Positions 18,101 to 27,642 of a stretch of 64,000 nt of DNA are shown here, piece by piece (position 1 is the first letter of the stretch; each line of letters starts with the position of its first letter). The translations under genes and the position numbers were made by a program. The notes beneath the pieces are model-generated. The model was not told where the DNA came from. It did no database searches and saw nothing but the letters and a program-made list of their open reading frames with translations. Location of the stretch: the NCBI GenBank assembly GCA_963810525.1, contig CAWENB010000006.1, forward strand, positions 40,175-104,174, given 5' to 3'. The stretch comes from Candidatus Saccharimonadia bacterium (lineage in GTDB: Bacteria; Patescibacteriota; Saccharimonadia; Saccharimonadales; UBA4665).

Positions 18101-19114
18101 ATGAAAAGACGGCAGCTCCACGGCATACTCACGCTGTTAGGAGTAGCCGGCATAGTCGTCGTCATTTTACTCAACCGCGGACAAGTAGAACATGTGTGGC
18201 AGCTTTTAAAGAATCTGCGATGGTACTTTATTGCGCTGGTGGTTGCGGTACAATTTGCGAGCTACTGGATTAATGGTCTGTACTACCGCTCAATCTTGAG
18301 CAATCTTGGATATGATGTAGGCATTAGGCGTCTGTTTGAAGGTGCACTTGCAACTAATTTCGTTAATTATGTGCTGCCCACGGCTGGCATGGCCGGTGCC
18401 GGCTACTTGTCTCAAGTATTATCACCTGAGGTACCACGCGGCCAAAGCGTATTCACCCAATTTATGCGCTACGCACTCGCATCACTTGCCGTTTTAATCA
18501 TGATGCCCATTGGTACACTGCTGCTGTTTCTGGGTCACGATGACACGCATTCGATCGCCAGGACAACGATCGTATCGGCGGCAGCAATGACACTTCTCGG
18601 CTTTACTATAGTAGGAGTTGTCCAGCAAGAGTCGCTGCTTAGGCGGGCGATAGCTTGGCTCACTAACAAAGCACAACGCCTCTTCCCGAAGATTAATACC
18701 ATATCAATTCAGAATTTTGTCGGAGAATTTTATAAGGGCTACCACGCCATAGTCAGCCGGAGGCGAAGGTTAACCGTGCCATTTATATGGTCGATTGTAT
18801 ACATAGTTATAGAGATAGGAACGTTCTACCTGATATTTCTGGCTTTTGGCCAAGTCATAAATCCCGGTATTGCTGTCATGGCCTATCTTTTCGCTAATAT
18901 TGCCAGCATCTTCGGTGGTGTCGTTATAAGCACTGGCGTTTTTGAGCTAGGTATGGCCGGAACTTTGGTAGCGCTAGGGACACCGCTTGCACTTGCCATT
19001 GCAGCTACAACCGTATATAGAGTTCTAAATCTACTCATAGGCCTGCCACCGGGATTTTACTTCTATTGGAAATATCTGCCCAAAAACAGTTCCAGGATAC
19101 AGCGTCGTCATTAA
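18101..19114 (+). CDS. Flippase-like integral membrane protein (UPF0104 / LPG-synthase-TM-like)
   Basis: About 8 TM segments. The N-terminal pattern (TM, then a short soluble turn ...VWQLLKNLRWYFIALVV...YWINGLYYR) is typical of the MprF flippase-domain family. It starts 9 nt after the fusion gene. Confidence 0.6.
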   Translation: MKRRQLHGILTLLGVAGIVVVILLNRGQVEHVWQLLKNLRWYFIALVVAVQFASYWINGLYYRSILSNLGYDVGIRRLFEGALATNFVNYVLPTAGMAGAGYLSQVLSPEVPRGQSVFTQFMRYALASLAVLIMMPIGTLLLFLGHDDTHSIARTTIVSAAAMTLLGFTIVGVVQQESLLRRAIAWLTNKAQRLFPKINTISIQNFVGEFYKGYHAIVSRRRRLTVPFIWSIVYIVIEIGTFYLIFLAFGQVINPGIAVMAYLFANIASIFGGVVISTGVFELGMAGTLVALGTPLALAIAATTVYRVLNLLIGLPPGFYFYWKYLPKNSSRIQRRH

Positions 19115-19233
19115 GACTTGAGATGAGCAATCCGAGCGAGGCGTCATGGGATCTGATGAGAGACAGTTCTAGTGTATCCGATCCTCTCAATAGCCCGCTG
19201 TATCCGTTCGTATAGGTCACAATCTCAAATTTG

Positions 19234-20322
19234 GGCTTAATAACAAAAACTGGTTGCTGCTAGCGCTTTAAGACGGACAGATTTCTTTGTCATTGTTTTC
19301 GTTATTCTTGTAAGTACCAACTAAACAAGGAGTAACGAAGATGACTCGAAAGAGCTGTCCGTCTTGCTATTGTACCAACGTAAAGAAAAACGGTGTGAGG
19401 AACGGTCTACAGCGCTACGTCTGTCGTACCTGCCGTCGGTCATGGAGCAGTAAAGGCCGCCCTGGCCGTAAGCGAGCTACCCTATGGCACCAGTATGCCT
19501 TTGACGGTCGTACCGTGAACAGCTTGGCTAAAGAATACCGGAAAAGTACCGGTTGCATCCGCGCTCAACTCAATGGCTACAGCCCGCCACGCATCATCCA
19601 GAAACCGCGTACCGTAGCCGTCATAATGGATGTTACCTACTTTGGGGACTGGGGCCTCCTGGTTGTTATTGACCCATATGCAGTGGCGACGCTTGGTGAG
19701 AATACGGTGCTGTATTACGCCACGGTAGACGGGACAGAACGCACCGTAGATTATGAGGTTGCAACAGATACGATTGAAGCAATGGGCTACAGTATCCTGG
19801 CGGTCACCATTGACGGCAGACGAGGCGTACGGACTATGCTGGAGGGCAAAGGCATACCGGTCCAGCATTGCCAGTTTCACCAGCTTATGACCATCACTCA
19901 ATGTCTGACCAAGAAGCCACGACTGACGCAAAATATTGAGTTACGAGCGCTTGCCTTAACGCTCGCTCGGACAGACGAACTAACGTTTGAGGATGCACTC
20001 GCTGGTTGGTACAAGAAACATGGGGCATGGCTCAAGGAGCGTGATCCGGTCACCAAAAGATATGCCCATGAGCGTACCAGAAGAGCTTATTTTTCCTTGT
20101 GTCGCAACCTACCATATCTGTTCACCTACCAAGCCGATTACATACAGGAAAGTGGCATACGAGTAGCCAACACAACGAGCCCATTAGACGGAAGATTCGG
20201 CGTCTGGAAAGACAAGCTCATACCCCACCGTGGAGCCTCAAAACAACGAATAATTACGATCCTCTGGAGTTTCTTCTCTAGAAAAACAGATTAGAGTAGA
20301 CACCAGAATTTGGTGTTAAGCC
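19234..20322 (+). mobile_element. IS element copy 1 (1,089 bp, IS1/IS1595-superfamily-like)
   Basis: - Ends: GGCTTAATAACAAAAACTGGT at the left and, as reverse complement of the right end, GGCTTAACACCAAATTCTGGT. This is an imperfect ~21-bp IR with 17 matches.
- Target site duplication: 8 bp CAAATTTG at 19226-19233 and 20323-20330. Confidence 0.9.
19341..20294 (+). CDS. DDE transposase with N-terminal zinc ribbon (IS1/IS1595-like)
   Basis: CPSC...CRTC zinc ribbon. MDVTYFG (first Asp), VTIDGRRG (second Asp) and NTTSPLDGRFGVWK (third catalytic region). Identical to the 33151-34104 product. Confidence 0.88.
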   Translation: MTRKSCPSCYCTNVKKNGVRNGLQRYVCRTCRRSWSSKGRPGRKRATLWHQYAFDGRTVNSLAKEYRKSTGCIRAQLNGYSPPRIIQKPRTVAVIMDVTYFGDWGLLVVIDPYAVATLGENTVLYYATVDGTERTVDYEVATDTIEAMGYSILAVTIDGRRGVRTMLEGKGIPVQHCQFHQLMTITQCLTKKPRLTQNIELRALALTLARTDELTFEDALAGWYKKHGAWLKERDPVTKRYAHERTRRAYFSLCRNLPYLFTYQADYIQESGIRVANTTSPLDGRFGVWKDKLIPHRGASKQRIITILWSFFSRKTD

Positions 20323-20355
20323 CAAATTTGACGATAGCATACGCGTCACTGCATA

Positions 20356-21093
20356 ATGGTTACTAACATGCAGGAGAGTGCTATTCGTGCCAGCGAATTG
20401 TCGGTAGTGCGCGGCGGTGGCATTGTCCTGAACCGGTTGAGTTTCGGCATCGCGCCGGGGCGATTGACCGGACTCATCGGGCCGAGCGGTTCGGGCAAAA
20501 CTACGCTAATGCGCGTTATTGTCGGCGCTCAAAAAGTCTCCAGCGGGCGGCTGCAGGTACTGAACACTAAGGCCGGTAGCAAGGAACTTCGCCGAAAAAT
20601 CGGCTACGTTTCGCAAACGCCGGCAGTGTACGGCGACCTGACGGTCCAGCAAAATCTGCGCTATTTCGCGACCATCCTCGGCAAAGGAAAGTTCGACGTT
20701 AAGCGCGTAATTAGGCAGGTCGACTTGCATAGTCAAACTAACCAGCTGGTGGGTACACTTTCAGGCGGCCAGCGTGCCCGGGTTTCGCTCGCGGTAGCAC
20801 TTATCAACAACGCGCGGATTCTGGTGCTTGACGAGCCGACAGTCGGTCTTGACCCGCTACTTCGTGAGCATTTGTGGCAGCTTTTCAAACAGTTGGCGTC
20901 TGACGGCCGGACGCTGCTTATCTCGAGCCATGTGATGGATGAAGCCGAACGGTGCGACGATGTACTGCTGCTGCGTGACGGCAAGGTGCTTAGTCATAGC
21001 ACAAAGCAGGAGTTACTAGCAAAGACTAACACCGGCACGGTGGAAGCGGCTTTTTTGAAGCTGGTCGAGCAGGAGCCGCATCATGCATATTAA
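20356..21093 (+). CDS. ABC transporter ATP-binding protein (ABC-2 exporter type)
   Basis: Walker A GPSGSGKTT, signature LSGGQRARV, Walker B LVLDEPTVGLD. The real start may be ATG 20368. Confidence 0.9.
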   Translation: MVTNMQESAIRASELSVVRGGGIVLNRLSFGIAPGRLTGLIGPSGSGKTTLMRVIVGAQKVSSGRLQVLNTKAGSKELRRKIGYVSQTPAVYGDLTVQQNLRYFATILGKGKFDVKRVIRQVDLHSQTNQLVGTLSGGQRARVSLAVALINNARILVLDEPTVGLDPLLREHLWQLFKQLASDGRTLLISSHVMDEAERCDDVLLLRDGKVLSHSTKQELLAKTNTGTVEAAFLKLVEQEPHHAY

Positions 21094-21820
21094 ACTGACG
21101 TTTGCCACGGCCGGCCGCGTGTTCCGCCAGTTGCTGCATGATCCGCGCACCCTGGCCTTGATGTTTATCGTACCGTGCGTGCTACTCGGGTTGCTGGCCT
21201 GGATATATAGCAATACACCGTATATTTTTAATATGATTGGTGCGTCATTGCTCGGCATCTTCCCATTCGTCATTATGTTCCTCATAACCTCAATTACGAC
21301 GCTGCGTGAACGGACCGGCGGCACGCTCGAACGTCTACTTATCATGCCGATGAGCAAATTGGATTTTCTGCTGGGCTACGCGCTGGTGTTCGGGTTCATC
21401 GCCATGCTGCAATCGTTGCTGGCAAGCCTGCTGGCGGTGCACGTGTACGGACTCAAGGTAGCCGGGCCGGAGTGGTTTCTGGTGGTGGCGGCCGTCGCCG
21501 ACGCTTTGCTCGGTGCGACACTGGGGCTGTTCGTGAGCGCCTTCGCGACCACGGAATTCCAGGCGGTGCAATTCATGCCGGCGTTTATCTTCCCGCAGTT
21601 CCTGCTCTGCGGCCTGCTCGTACCGCTTGCCAATATGCCGAAAGTGCTGCACGACATCGCCGACTGCTTGCCGCTCACGTACGCCGTCAGCGCCATGCAA
21701 CACGTCAGTACCGATCGCACGGTCAGTTTGACCGCGTGGCACGATGTCATGATTGTGCTGGCCTTCGCCGTCGCCGCTGTCCTCCTCGGCGCCGCCACGC
21801 TTCGCAGGCAAACCAAATAA
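21083..21820 (+). CDS. ABC-2 type transporter permease
   Basis: Six hydrophobic segments. The start overlaps the ATPase gene by 11 nt. Confidence 0.8.
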   Translation: MHIKLTFATAGRVFRQLLHDPRTLALMFIVPCVLLGLLAWIYSNTPYIFNMIGASLLGIFPFVIMFLITSITTLRERTGGTLERLLIMPMSKLDFLLGYALVFGFIAMLQSLLASLLAVHVYGLKVAGPEWFLVVAAVADALLGATLGLFVSAFATTEFQAVQFMPAFIFPQFLLCGLLVPLANMPKVLHDIADCLPLTYAVSAMQHVSTDRTVSLTAWHDVMIVLAFAVAAVLLGAATLRRQTK

Positions 21821-21822
21821 GC

Positions 21823-22881
21823 CTAGCCTTTCATGACGGTAACATTATTGAAAGCGACGGCAGTCGGTAGGTACCTGCACGCCGGAGCCTGTGCGGCTAA
21901 AGCTTCCCAGCGGTCCACAGTAGTTTGGTTGATTAAATTGACATATTCTACGTGTGCTCCATCGCCGGGTAATCCAAACGGCCCGATCTTTCCGTCAAGG
22001 CTTATTCGGGCGAGCACAGCATTAATGCTATCGCCGCTATCGCTCGCGCCGACGAGCTCCCCAAAAGCATTAAGTACCAGACCGCCGCTGCTTCCGTCTC
22101 GACCAACCTTATCCGGGGAACCGTCACCGTAACTACGAATATCAGTTACGACGCTGGCAATGCCATCGTGTACTCCAAGCACGACGCCGGCAAAAACTGC
22201 CGGGTGTTCAAGATCCGGACTATCGGCAAACGGGCCACGTGATTCGCCGGTCGCGGTCGGCTCATAATTAACAAAGTATAACGTGTCTCCCCTTTTAGGT
22301 GGTTCCTTGGCAATGCGTAGCGTTTGCGTTTCGGGCAGGGTGGCACCCGAATCGGCCAACTCTTGTCGGGTATCGGCGCTCAAGCGGTACATGGCGACGT
22401 CGGTCTGGTTTATACCGGTAAACTCGGCAACCGCTTGGTTTGCCGGCGCCGAAAACGCTGTACCGTTCGGCGAGGTGCCAGAAACAACAAAGTTGCCGCA
22501 CTCCAGGCTGGTGAGTGGTGTATTATTGGGTGCCCTGAGCCCGTGCCCTGCCGAAAAAATGTACCCATTACCAAGGTCAATGCCTGATAGCTCATGCTGC
22601 ATAAAGACACGATTGTTTGCACGCCTGGAAACCGGTATGTCGGCGCGTAATTCGACGGCGGTGCTGACCACTTTGGCCACGGCCTCAGGGAGGTGAGCGG
22701 GAACATGAGCGCCAAGATCATATTCTCCGTAGTAAGTGGTATGCGCAGCATATACTGCGCTATAGCAAAGCAGAACACTGCCTGCAAAAGCCGCTAGCCG
22801 CCGAACGACAAGGAGGTTGTGGCGGGCAGTTCTTGGGGTTGATTCTGGATTTTTCCGGTGTCGAGCAACGGCATTGGACAT
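21823..22881 (-). CDS. Membrane-anchored trypsin-like (S1 family) serine peptidase
   Basis: Triad contexts SAGHGL (His), DVAMYRL (Asp) and DGSSGGLVLN (Ser). N-terminal TM segment. ATG 22881 is preferred because the upstream part of the ORF is AT-rich and promoter-like. Confidence 0.7.
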   Translation of the reverse strand: MSNAVARHRKNPESTPRTARHNLLVVRRLAAFAGSVLLCYSAVYAAHTTYYGEYDLGAHVPAHLPEAVAKVVSTAVELRADIPVSRRANNRVFMQHELSGIDLGNGYIFSAGHGLRAPNNTPLTSLECGNFVVSGTSPNGTAFSAPANQAVAEFTGINQTDVAMYRLSADTRQELADSGATLPETQTLRIAKEPPKRGDTLYFVNYEPTATGESRGPFADSPDLEHPAVFAGVVLGVHDGIASVVTDIRSYGDGSPDKVGRDGSSGGLVLNAFGELVGASDSGDSINAVLARISLDGKIGPFGLPGDGAHVEYVNLINQTTVDRWEALAAQAPACRYLPTAVAFNNVTVMKG

Positions 22882-23084
22882 AAAGTATATAGAAACATAA
22901 AATAAGAAAAAATACAATTTCTGTCCTAATGCATCGGACCTAGTGCCCGACAATGATAAGATCGTGCCGTATGGTATGAGCTGTTTAGTACATGCTGTTA
23001 AAGTTGAGCAGTTGCCCATCTCGGATTTGTTTATTGACATTAACAAGACAACTCACCAAATTAAGAAACTTAAGGGTATATTGC

Positions 23085-23090
23085 TATAAT
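23085..23090 (+). promoter_or_regulatory. -10 hexamer TATAAT, 7 nt upstream of ATG 23098 (leaderless geometry)
   Basis: tataat-ggggcga-ATG, with no Shine-Dalgarno possible in the 7-nt gap. Confidence 0.4.
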
Positions 23091-23097
23091 GGGGCGA

Positions 23098-24024
23098 ATG
23101 GATGAATTACTTGAATGGGCGCAACGGCGCAAGCACGTGCCGCTGTGGCTTGTTGCGGGTGGTGTTCTGCTTGTCATCATCTCGGGATGTATTTGGTGGC
23201 ACTATGTTTATGAAGACCCATACAACGTCTATTGGGGCATGATCAGTAACAGCCTGTCCACATCGGCAGTTACCAAACACGTGACCGAAGAAACGAGCGG
23301 CGGCACGCTTAACCAATACACGACGCTCAATTTTGGCGTACCAAATATCGCTTTCGGCAAGACTACGTTACACAACGCCTCAAGTACGGTAACAACCGAA
23401 AGCTTCGGCACGTTGGCGAACGATTACGTTCGCTATACCCAGATCAAGACGACGGATATGGGTAAAAGCGGTCAAGGACTGGATTTCTCGCCGGTACTCG
23501 GCAAGTGGGCCAAGGCAAGCGCTAACAGCAGTGCGTCGGGAGGGCAGTCAAATTCGGCGCCCTATTTTATCCAGTCCCTGCTTGGTTTTTACGGTGGAAA
23601 CCTAGTACCAATAGCGAATCTGCCGGCCGATAGCCGGAGTTCACTTATAAATTTCCTGCAACAGAACATTGTATTCGATCCTGATTTCAGCACCGTCCGG
23701 GAGGATATGGTGCACGGCCGGCCGATGTACACCTATACGGTCAGCATTGAACCGGTGGCGTACGTTGCGTTCCAGCGGGCTTTTGCAAGCGACCTTGGTA
23801 TTAAGAGTTTGGCGAACGTCGATCCAAATAATTATGAAGATCAGCCTGCAATTAAAGTGGACCTCGTGGTTGACGCCCGATCACACCGCTTGAGTCGGGT
23901 GGTCTATCCGGGCACCAAACACACCGAAACCTTCACTAGTTATGGCGTGCCGGTCCAGGTATCACCGCCAAAGAAAACCATAACGGCGGAGAAGCTTCAG
24001 CAGCTACTCACGGGCGTCCAGTAG
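23098..24024 (+). CDS. Hypothetical membrane-anchored extracytoplasmic protein
   Basis: One N-terminal TM segment (LWLVAGGVLLVIISGCIWW) followed by a Ser/Thr/Asn-rich soluble domain. The ORF-track start 23089 overlaps the -10 box, so 23098 is preferred. Confidence 0.55.
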   Translation: MDELLEWAQRRKHVPLWLVAGGVLLVIISGCIWWHYVYEDPYNVYWGMISNSLSTSAVTKHVTEETSGGTLNQYTTLNFGVPNIAFGKTTLHNASSTVTTESFGTLANDYVRYTQIKTTDMGKSGQGLDFSPVLGKWAKASANSSASGGQSNSAPYFIQSLLGFYGGNLVPIANLPADSRSSLINFLQQNIVFDPDFSTVREDMVHGRPMYTYTVSIEPVAYVAFQRAFASDLGIKSLANVDPNNYEDQPAIKVDLVVDARSHRLSRVVYPGTKHTETFTSYGVPVQVSPPKKTITAEKLQQLLTGVQ

Positions 24025-24077
24025 TAGAGCGGGTCGCGCTTGTTGAAGAGGATTGTTATGTATAATAGGCGGTAGAT

Positions 24078-24827
24078 ATGCAGGTCGTCGTTGATTCGTT
24101 ACTGACGGAATACGTCCGTGCCGGCAGGGGTGCTACGGTACTCGTGTTACACGGCTGGGGCGATAGCTCAAAAGGATGGCGTGATTTCACTACAAAATTA
24201 TCCGAGCACTTCGACGTGGTCGTGCCGGATTTGCCGGGTTTCGGCGGCACGGAAGCGCCGCCGGAGGACTGGGGGCTGAACGAATATACCGAATTCGTGG
24301 CCGGGTTCATTAAAAAAGTCCGGCTTAAAGTCTACGCGATAGTAGCGCATTCAAATGGCGGCGCGATTGTCTTACGGGGTATTTCCAGGGGGTTTTTCAC
24401 CCCTGAAAAGTTGGTGCTGCTCGATAGTGCCGGTATCCGCAATCAGTACAAAGGACGGACCCGGGTGGTTCGCTACATCACCAAGACCGGTAAATTTATC
24501 ACAAAGCCTTTGCCTTCAAACGTCAAAAAGCGCTTGCGCCGCAAAGTCTATAGTTCGGTCGGGTCGGACATGCTTGTAGTCGAGCGCCTTCAGGATGTCT
24601 TCAAAAGGGTTGTCACCGATGACGTACAGGCCGACGCCGCCAAGGTAGCGGTTCCGACGCTGCTGCTGTACGGCGAGGATGACCTGGCGACGCCCGTGCA
24701 TTATGGCCGATTGCTTCACAACCTGATTGCCGGATCCAGGTTTGAGATCATTGCCGGCGCTGGGCATTTTGTACACCTGGACAAACCAGAAGCGGTCATG
24801 CACTATATCCAGGATTTCCTCCGATGA
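24078..24827 (+). CDS. Alpha/beta-fold hydrolase
   Basis: VLHGWGDS oxyanion region, nucleophile elbow AHSNGG, C-terminal GAGHFVHLD. Confidence 0.8.
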   Translation: MQVVVDSLLTEYVRAGRGATVLVLHGWGDSSKGWRDFTTKLSEHFDVVVPDLPGFGGTEAPPEDWGLNEYTEFVAGFIKKVRLKVYAIVAHSNGGAIVLRGISRGFFTPEKLVLLDSAGIRNQYKGRTRVVRYITKTGKFITKPLPSNVKKRLRRKVYSSVGSDMLVVERLQDVFKRVVTDDVQADAAKVAVPTLLLYGEDDLATPVHYGRLLHNLIAGSRFEIIAGAGHFVHLDKPEAVMHYIQDFLR

Positions 24828-26266
24828 TATCAGCGGTTATCGGCATGTACGGCTGGCGTTATCCTATGGTGTTAGTCTACATGTTGCAGAGCGTCGAGTA
24901 TCGACCGGGTCCGTTCCTGGCTTGGTTTTGGCGCACCCAGAATTTCAGCCAAATTATGTATCGCCGCAAGCTGGAACCTACCAGGCCAGCACGCTTGCTG
25001 CTGATTGCGCTTCGAGCCGGCATGTTCGCGGAAATCGTGGCCGGCTTGGTGTTGATCGGCATGTGGCGCTATAGTGGTTTCGAGGCCGGTTGGCAGTTCG
25101 GACTGGCGCTGATTCTGGCCTATCCGATCATCTGGGCGCATCTGGCAGTGGTACCGCTGCAGCTCGGGCGCTGGTTCATTATCCAGCCCCGGGAGCGTCG
25201 GCTGATTAAAAAGTCCGAAGCCGTTTTCGCGAATCATCCCGGCGTAAAAATCGCCGTGGCCGGCAGCTATGGTAAAACCAGTATGAAAGAGCTGCTGTTT
25301 ACCGTCTTGAGCGAGGGGAAAAAAGTCGCTGCCACACCCGCCAACAAAAACGTGCAGATTTCCCACGCCCGTTTCGCGTCGACTCTTACCGGCAAAGAAG
25401 ATATTCTCGTTATCGAGTACGGCGAGGGCAAGCCGGGTGATGTCTTGCGCTTCGCCGAAACGACTCACCCGACACACGCAGTGGTAACCGGCGTGGCGCC
25501 GGCGCACCTGGACCGCTACAAAACGGTCGAAGCCGCAGGTCACGATATTTTCACCGTAGCGGTATATCTACACGGCCAAAACGTGTATGTGAACGCCGAC
25601 TCGCCTTCCGCGAAGGAATTTATCCGTAAGGAATATATCACCTATAGCGCCAAAGGCGTGGGTGAATGGAAAGTGAAGCAAGTCGAATTGGCCGTTTCCG
25701 GTACCAGCTTTGAGCTGACGAAAGGCGAGAAAAGCCTGAAACTTACCAGCGGACTCTTGGGCAAGCACCAGGTCGGTCCGCTCGCACTGGCCGCGGTGCT
25801 CGGGCTGGAATTGGGGCTTAGCGAAAAGCAGGTAAAAGCCGGCATTGCCAAGACCGTGTCTTTTGAGCACCGTATGCAGCCGTATTCTTTAAGCGGCGCG
25901 TGGATTATCGACGATACGTACAACGGTAACATCGAAGGTGTACGGGCCGGCACTGAACTACTCGCGGCGCTGCCGGCTGCCAAGCGCAAGCTTTACGTGA
26001 CGCCGGGCCTGGTCGATCAGGGTAAACAGGCGGACGGGGTGCATCGGACGATGGGTGAATTAATCGCTAAGGCCAAGCCGGATGTGGTAGTACTGATGCT
26101 AAATTCGGCGACGCGGCATATCCAGGCTGGGCTCGAAACCGGCAAATATAAAGGGGAGCTTCGTATCGAACCGGATCCATTGCTCTTCTACGCCAATCTC
26201 AGCCAATTCGTAGCCGCCGGCGATATCGTGCTCATGCAAAACGACTGGACCGATAACTACGCCTGA
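24824..26266 (+). CDS. Mur ligase family protein, MurF-like, with an N-terminal membrane domain
   Basis: P-loop AVAGSYGKTS, MurF-like IIDDTYNGN and TPGLVDQG. The first ~130 aa contain 3-4 hydrophobic segments instead of the usual soluble domain 1. The start overlaps the upstream stop (ATGA). Confidence 0.75.
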   Translation: MISAVIGMYGWRYPMVLVYMLQSVEYRPGPFLAWFWRTQNFSQIMYRRKLEPTRPARLLLIALRAGMFAEIVAGLVLIGMWRYSGFEAGWQFGLALILAYPIIWAHLAVVPLQLGRWFIIQPRERRLIKKSEAVFANHPGVKIAVAGSYGKTSMKELLFTVLSEGKKVAATPANKNVQISHARFASTLTGKEDILVIEYGEGKPGDVLRFAETTHPTHAVVTGVAPAHLDRYKTVEAAGHDIFTVAVYLHGQNVYVNADSPSAKEFIRKEYITYSAKGVGEWKVKQVELAVSGTSFELTKGEKSLKLTSGLLGKHQVGPLALAAVLGLELGLSEKQVKAGIAKTVSFEHRMQPYSLSGAWIIDDTYNGNIEGVRAGTELLAALPAAKRKLYVTPGLVDQGKQADGVHRTMGELIAKAKPDVVVLMLNSATRHIQAGLETGKYKGELRIEPDPLLFYANLSQFVAAGDIVLMQNDWTDNYA

Positions 26267-26698
26267 CAACTTCGAGTAAAAAAGCGTAGACAAAGACGCT
26301 TAAGGTTGACAATACAAACGGCAAAACGTACTTTAAGGTCATGGAAGGGCCTATATTTGGCGGAGCTAATCACGATCAGACTGTCCTCGGTCATTTAGAT
26401 GCGGCAACGTATACCTCTGATGCTACGATTCTCGAAGGGCGCATCAGTGTTGGCGACGAATCAAACCCGACTGCCGCTCGGGAGCTGGCCGGCCAGGTGC
26501 TGGGCGTCGATCCGGAGCGAATTGCGATTGATGGACTTGGTGCGCGTGGTGTTGGCAGTCGGGCAAGCACGAGAACGACCATTGGCTTCGGCGGCGTGAA
26601 ATGGAACTCTAGCTGGACGCCGGCCAGAAATCGTCAGAGCGATCCCGCCGAAAGCTAGACCTAAAGCGTTATCCAGTTTTATGTGGTAAGCTCGAATT

Positions 26699-27577
26699 AT
26701 GTCTGCTACGGCTACGAATGAGGGATTTATTAGTTTCCGGGGCTTCAAAACCTATTACATGGTGCGCGGTGACCTTGAAAGCGGTAATACCCCGCTCGTT
26801 TGTTTGCACGGCGGGCCAGGCTACACGCATTATCATTTGGAGAATTTGTTAGAACTGGCTGAGCATGGTTGGCCGGTGGTATTGTATGATCAATTGGGCT
26901 GCGGCAAATCCGACCGTCCGGATGACCCAAGTCTGTGGACGATTGAATTATTTATCGATGAGCTAAACGCGCTACGGAAGCAGTTGAAACTGATGAACAT
27001 CAATCTGCTCGGACACTCGTGGGGCGGTTCGCTGGCGGCAGAATATATGCTTACGAAACCGGAGGGAATTGCAAAGCTTGTTCTGTCCAGTCCGCTGCTC
27101 GATAGCAAGTTGTGGGTCAGTGAAGCCAACCGGCTGATCGGTGAATTGCCGCCGTGGGCGCGGGACGCCATGCGCGAACATGAAAAGCGCGGTACGACCG
27201 ACACTTACGAATACCAGGAAGCTTACATGGAATTCAGGAACCGGCACATTTGCCGTGTAAAACCGTATCCGCGCTCCATAATCAAGGCCGAAAAAGCCGC
27301 GGGCGCACAAGTATATAGCACGATGTGGGGTCCGAGCGAAACTCACGCTACGGGTATTCTAAAGGACTGGAGCATTATTGACCGGTTGCGTGCCGTTTCC
27401 GTACCGACGTTGTTCTTGTCGGGAAAATTCGATGAAGCGACGCCAAAACAAATAGCGTTCGGGCAGAAAAACCTACCCGGTTCGAAGTGGTTAATACTTG
27501 AGCACAGTTCACATACCGGCAATTACGAAGAACCGGACATATACATGAAAGCAGTCGAAGACTTCTTGTCAGCATAG
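26699..27577 (+). CDS. Proline iminopeptidase-type alpha/beta hydrolase
   Basis: LHGGPGYTH, GHSWGG nucleophile elbow, C-terminal HSSH. Confidence 0.8.
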   Translation: MSATATNEGFISFRGFKTYYMVRGDLESGNTPLVCLHGGPGYTHYHLENLLELAEHGWPVVLYDQLGCGKSDRPDDPSLWTIELFIDELNALRKQLKLMNINLLGHSWGGSLAAEYMLTKPEGIAKLVLSSPLLDSKLWVSEANRLIGELPPWARDAMREHEKRGTTDTYEYQEAYMEFRNRHICRVKPYPRSIIKAEKAAGAQVYSTMWGPSETHATGILKDWSIIDRLRAVSVPTLFLSGKFDEATPKQIAFGQKNLPGSKWLILEHSSHTGNYEEPDIYMKAVEDFLSA

Positions 27578-27606
27578 GTACAATAACTGTAATTATAAAC
27601 TGATAG

Positions 27607-27635
27607 TTGAAACTGTCTTAACAAACTGCTATCAT
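27607..27635 (+). promoter_or_regulatory. Sigma-70-like promoter of ddl copy A (TTGAAA, 17 nt, TATCAT), 7 nt before the ATG
   Basis: ttgaaa at 27607-27612 and tatcat at 27630-27635, with ATG at 27643. No SD in between. Confidence 0.5.
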
Positions 27636-27642
27636 TTGCTAC

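Noticed and set aside
21335-21870. Three overlapping ORFs (158, 146 and 132 aa) within or after the ABC-2 permease gene
   Set aside because: They are GC-rich alternative-frame shadows of a hydrophobic-protein gene. Their products are Arg/Ala/Gly-rich and they have no independent support.
26267-26698. 105-aa ORF (26341-26658) in the 430-nt gap between the MurF-like gene and the iminopeptidase gene
   Set aside because: It has no RBS and no motif, and competing ORFs occupy other frames of the same GC-rich stretch. It may be a gene remnant or non-coding, and support is insufficient to call a CDS.
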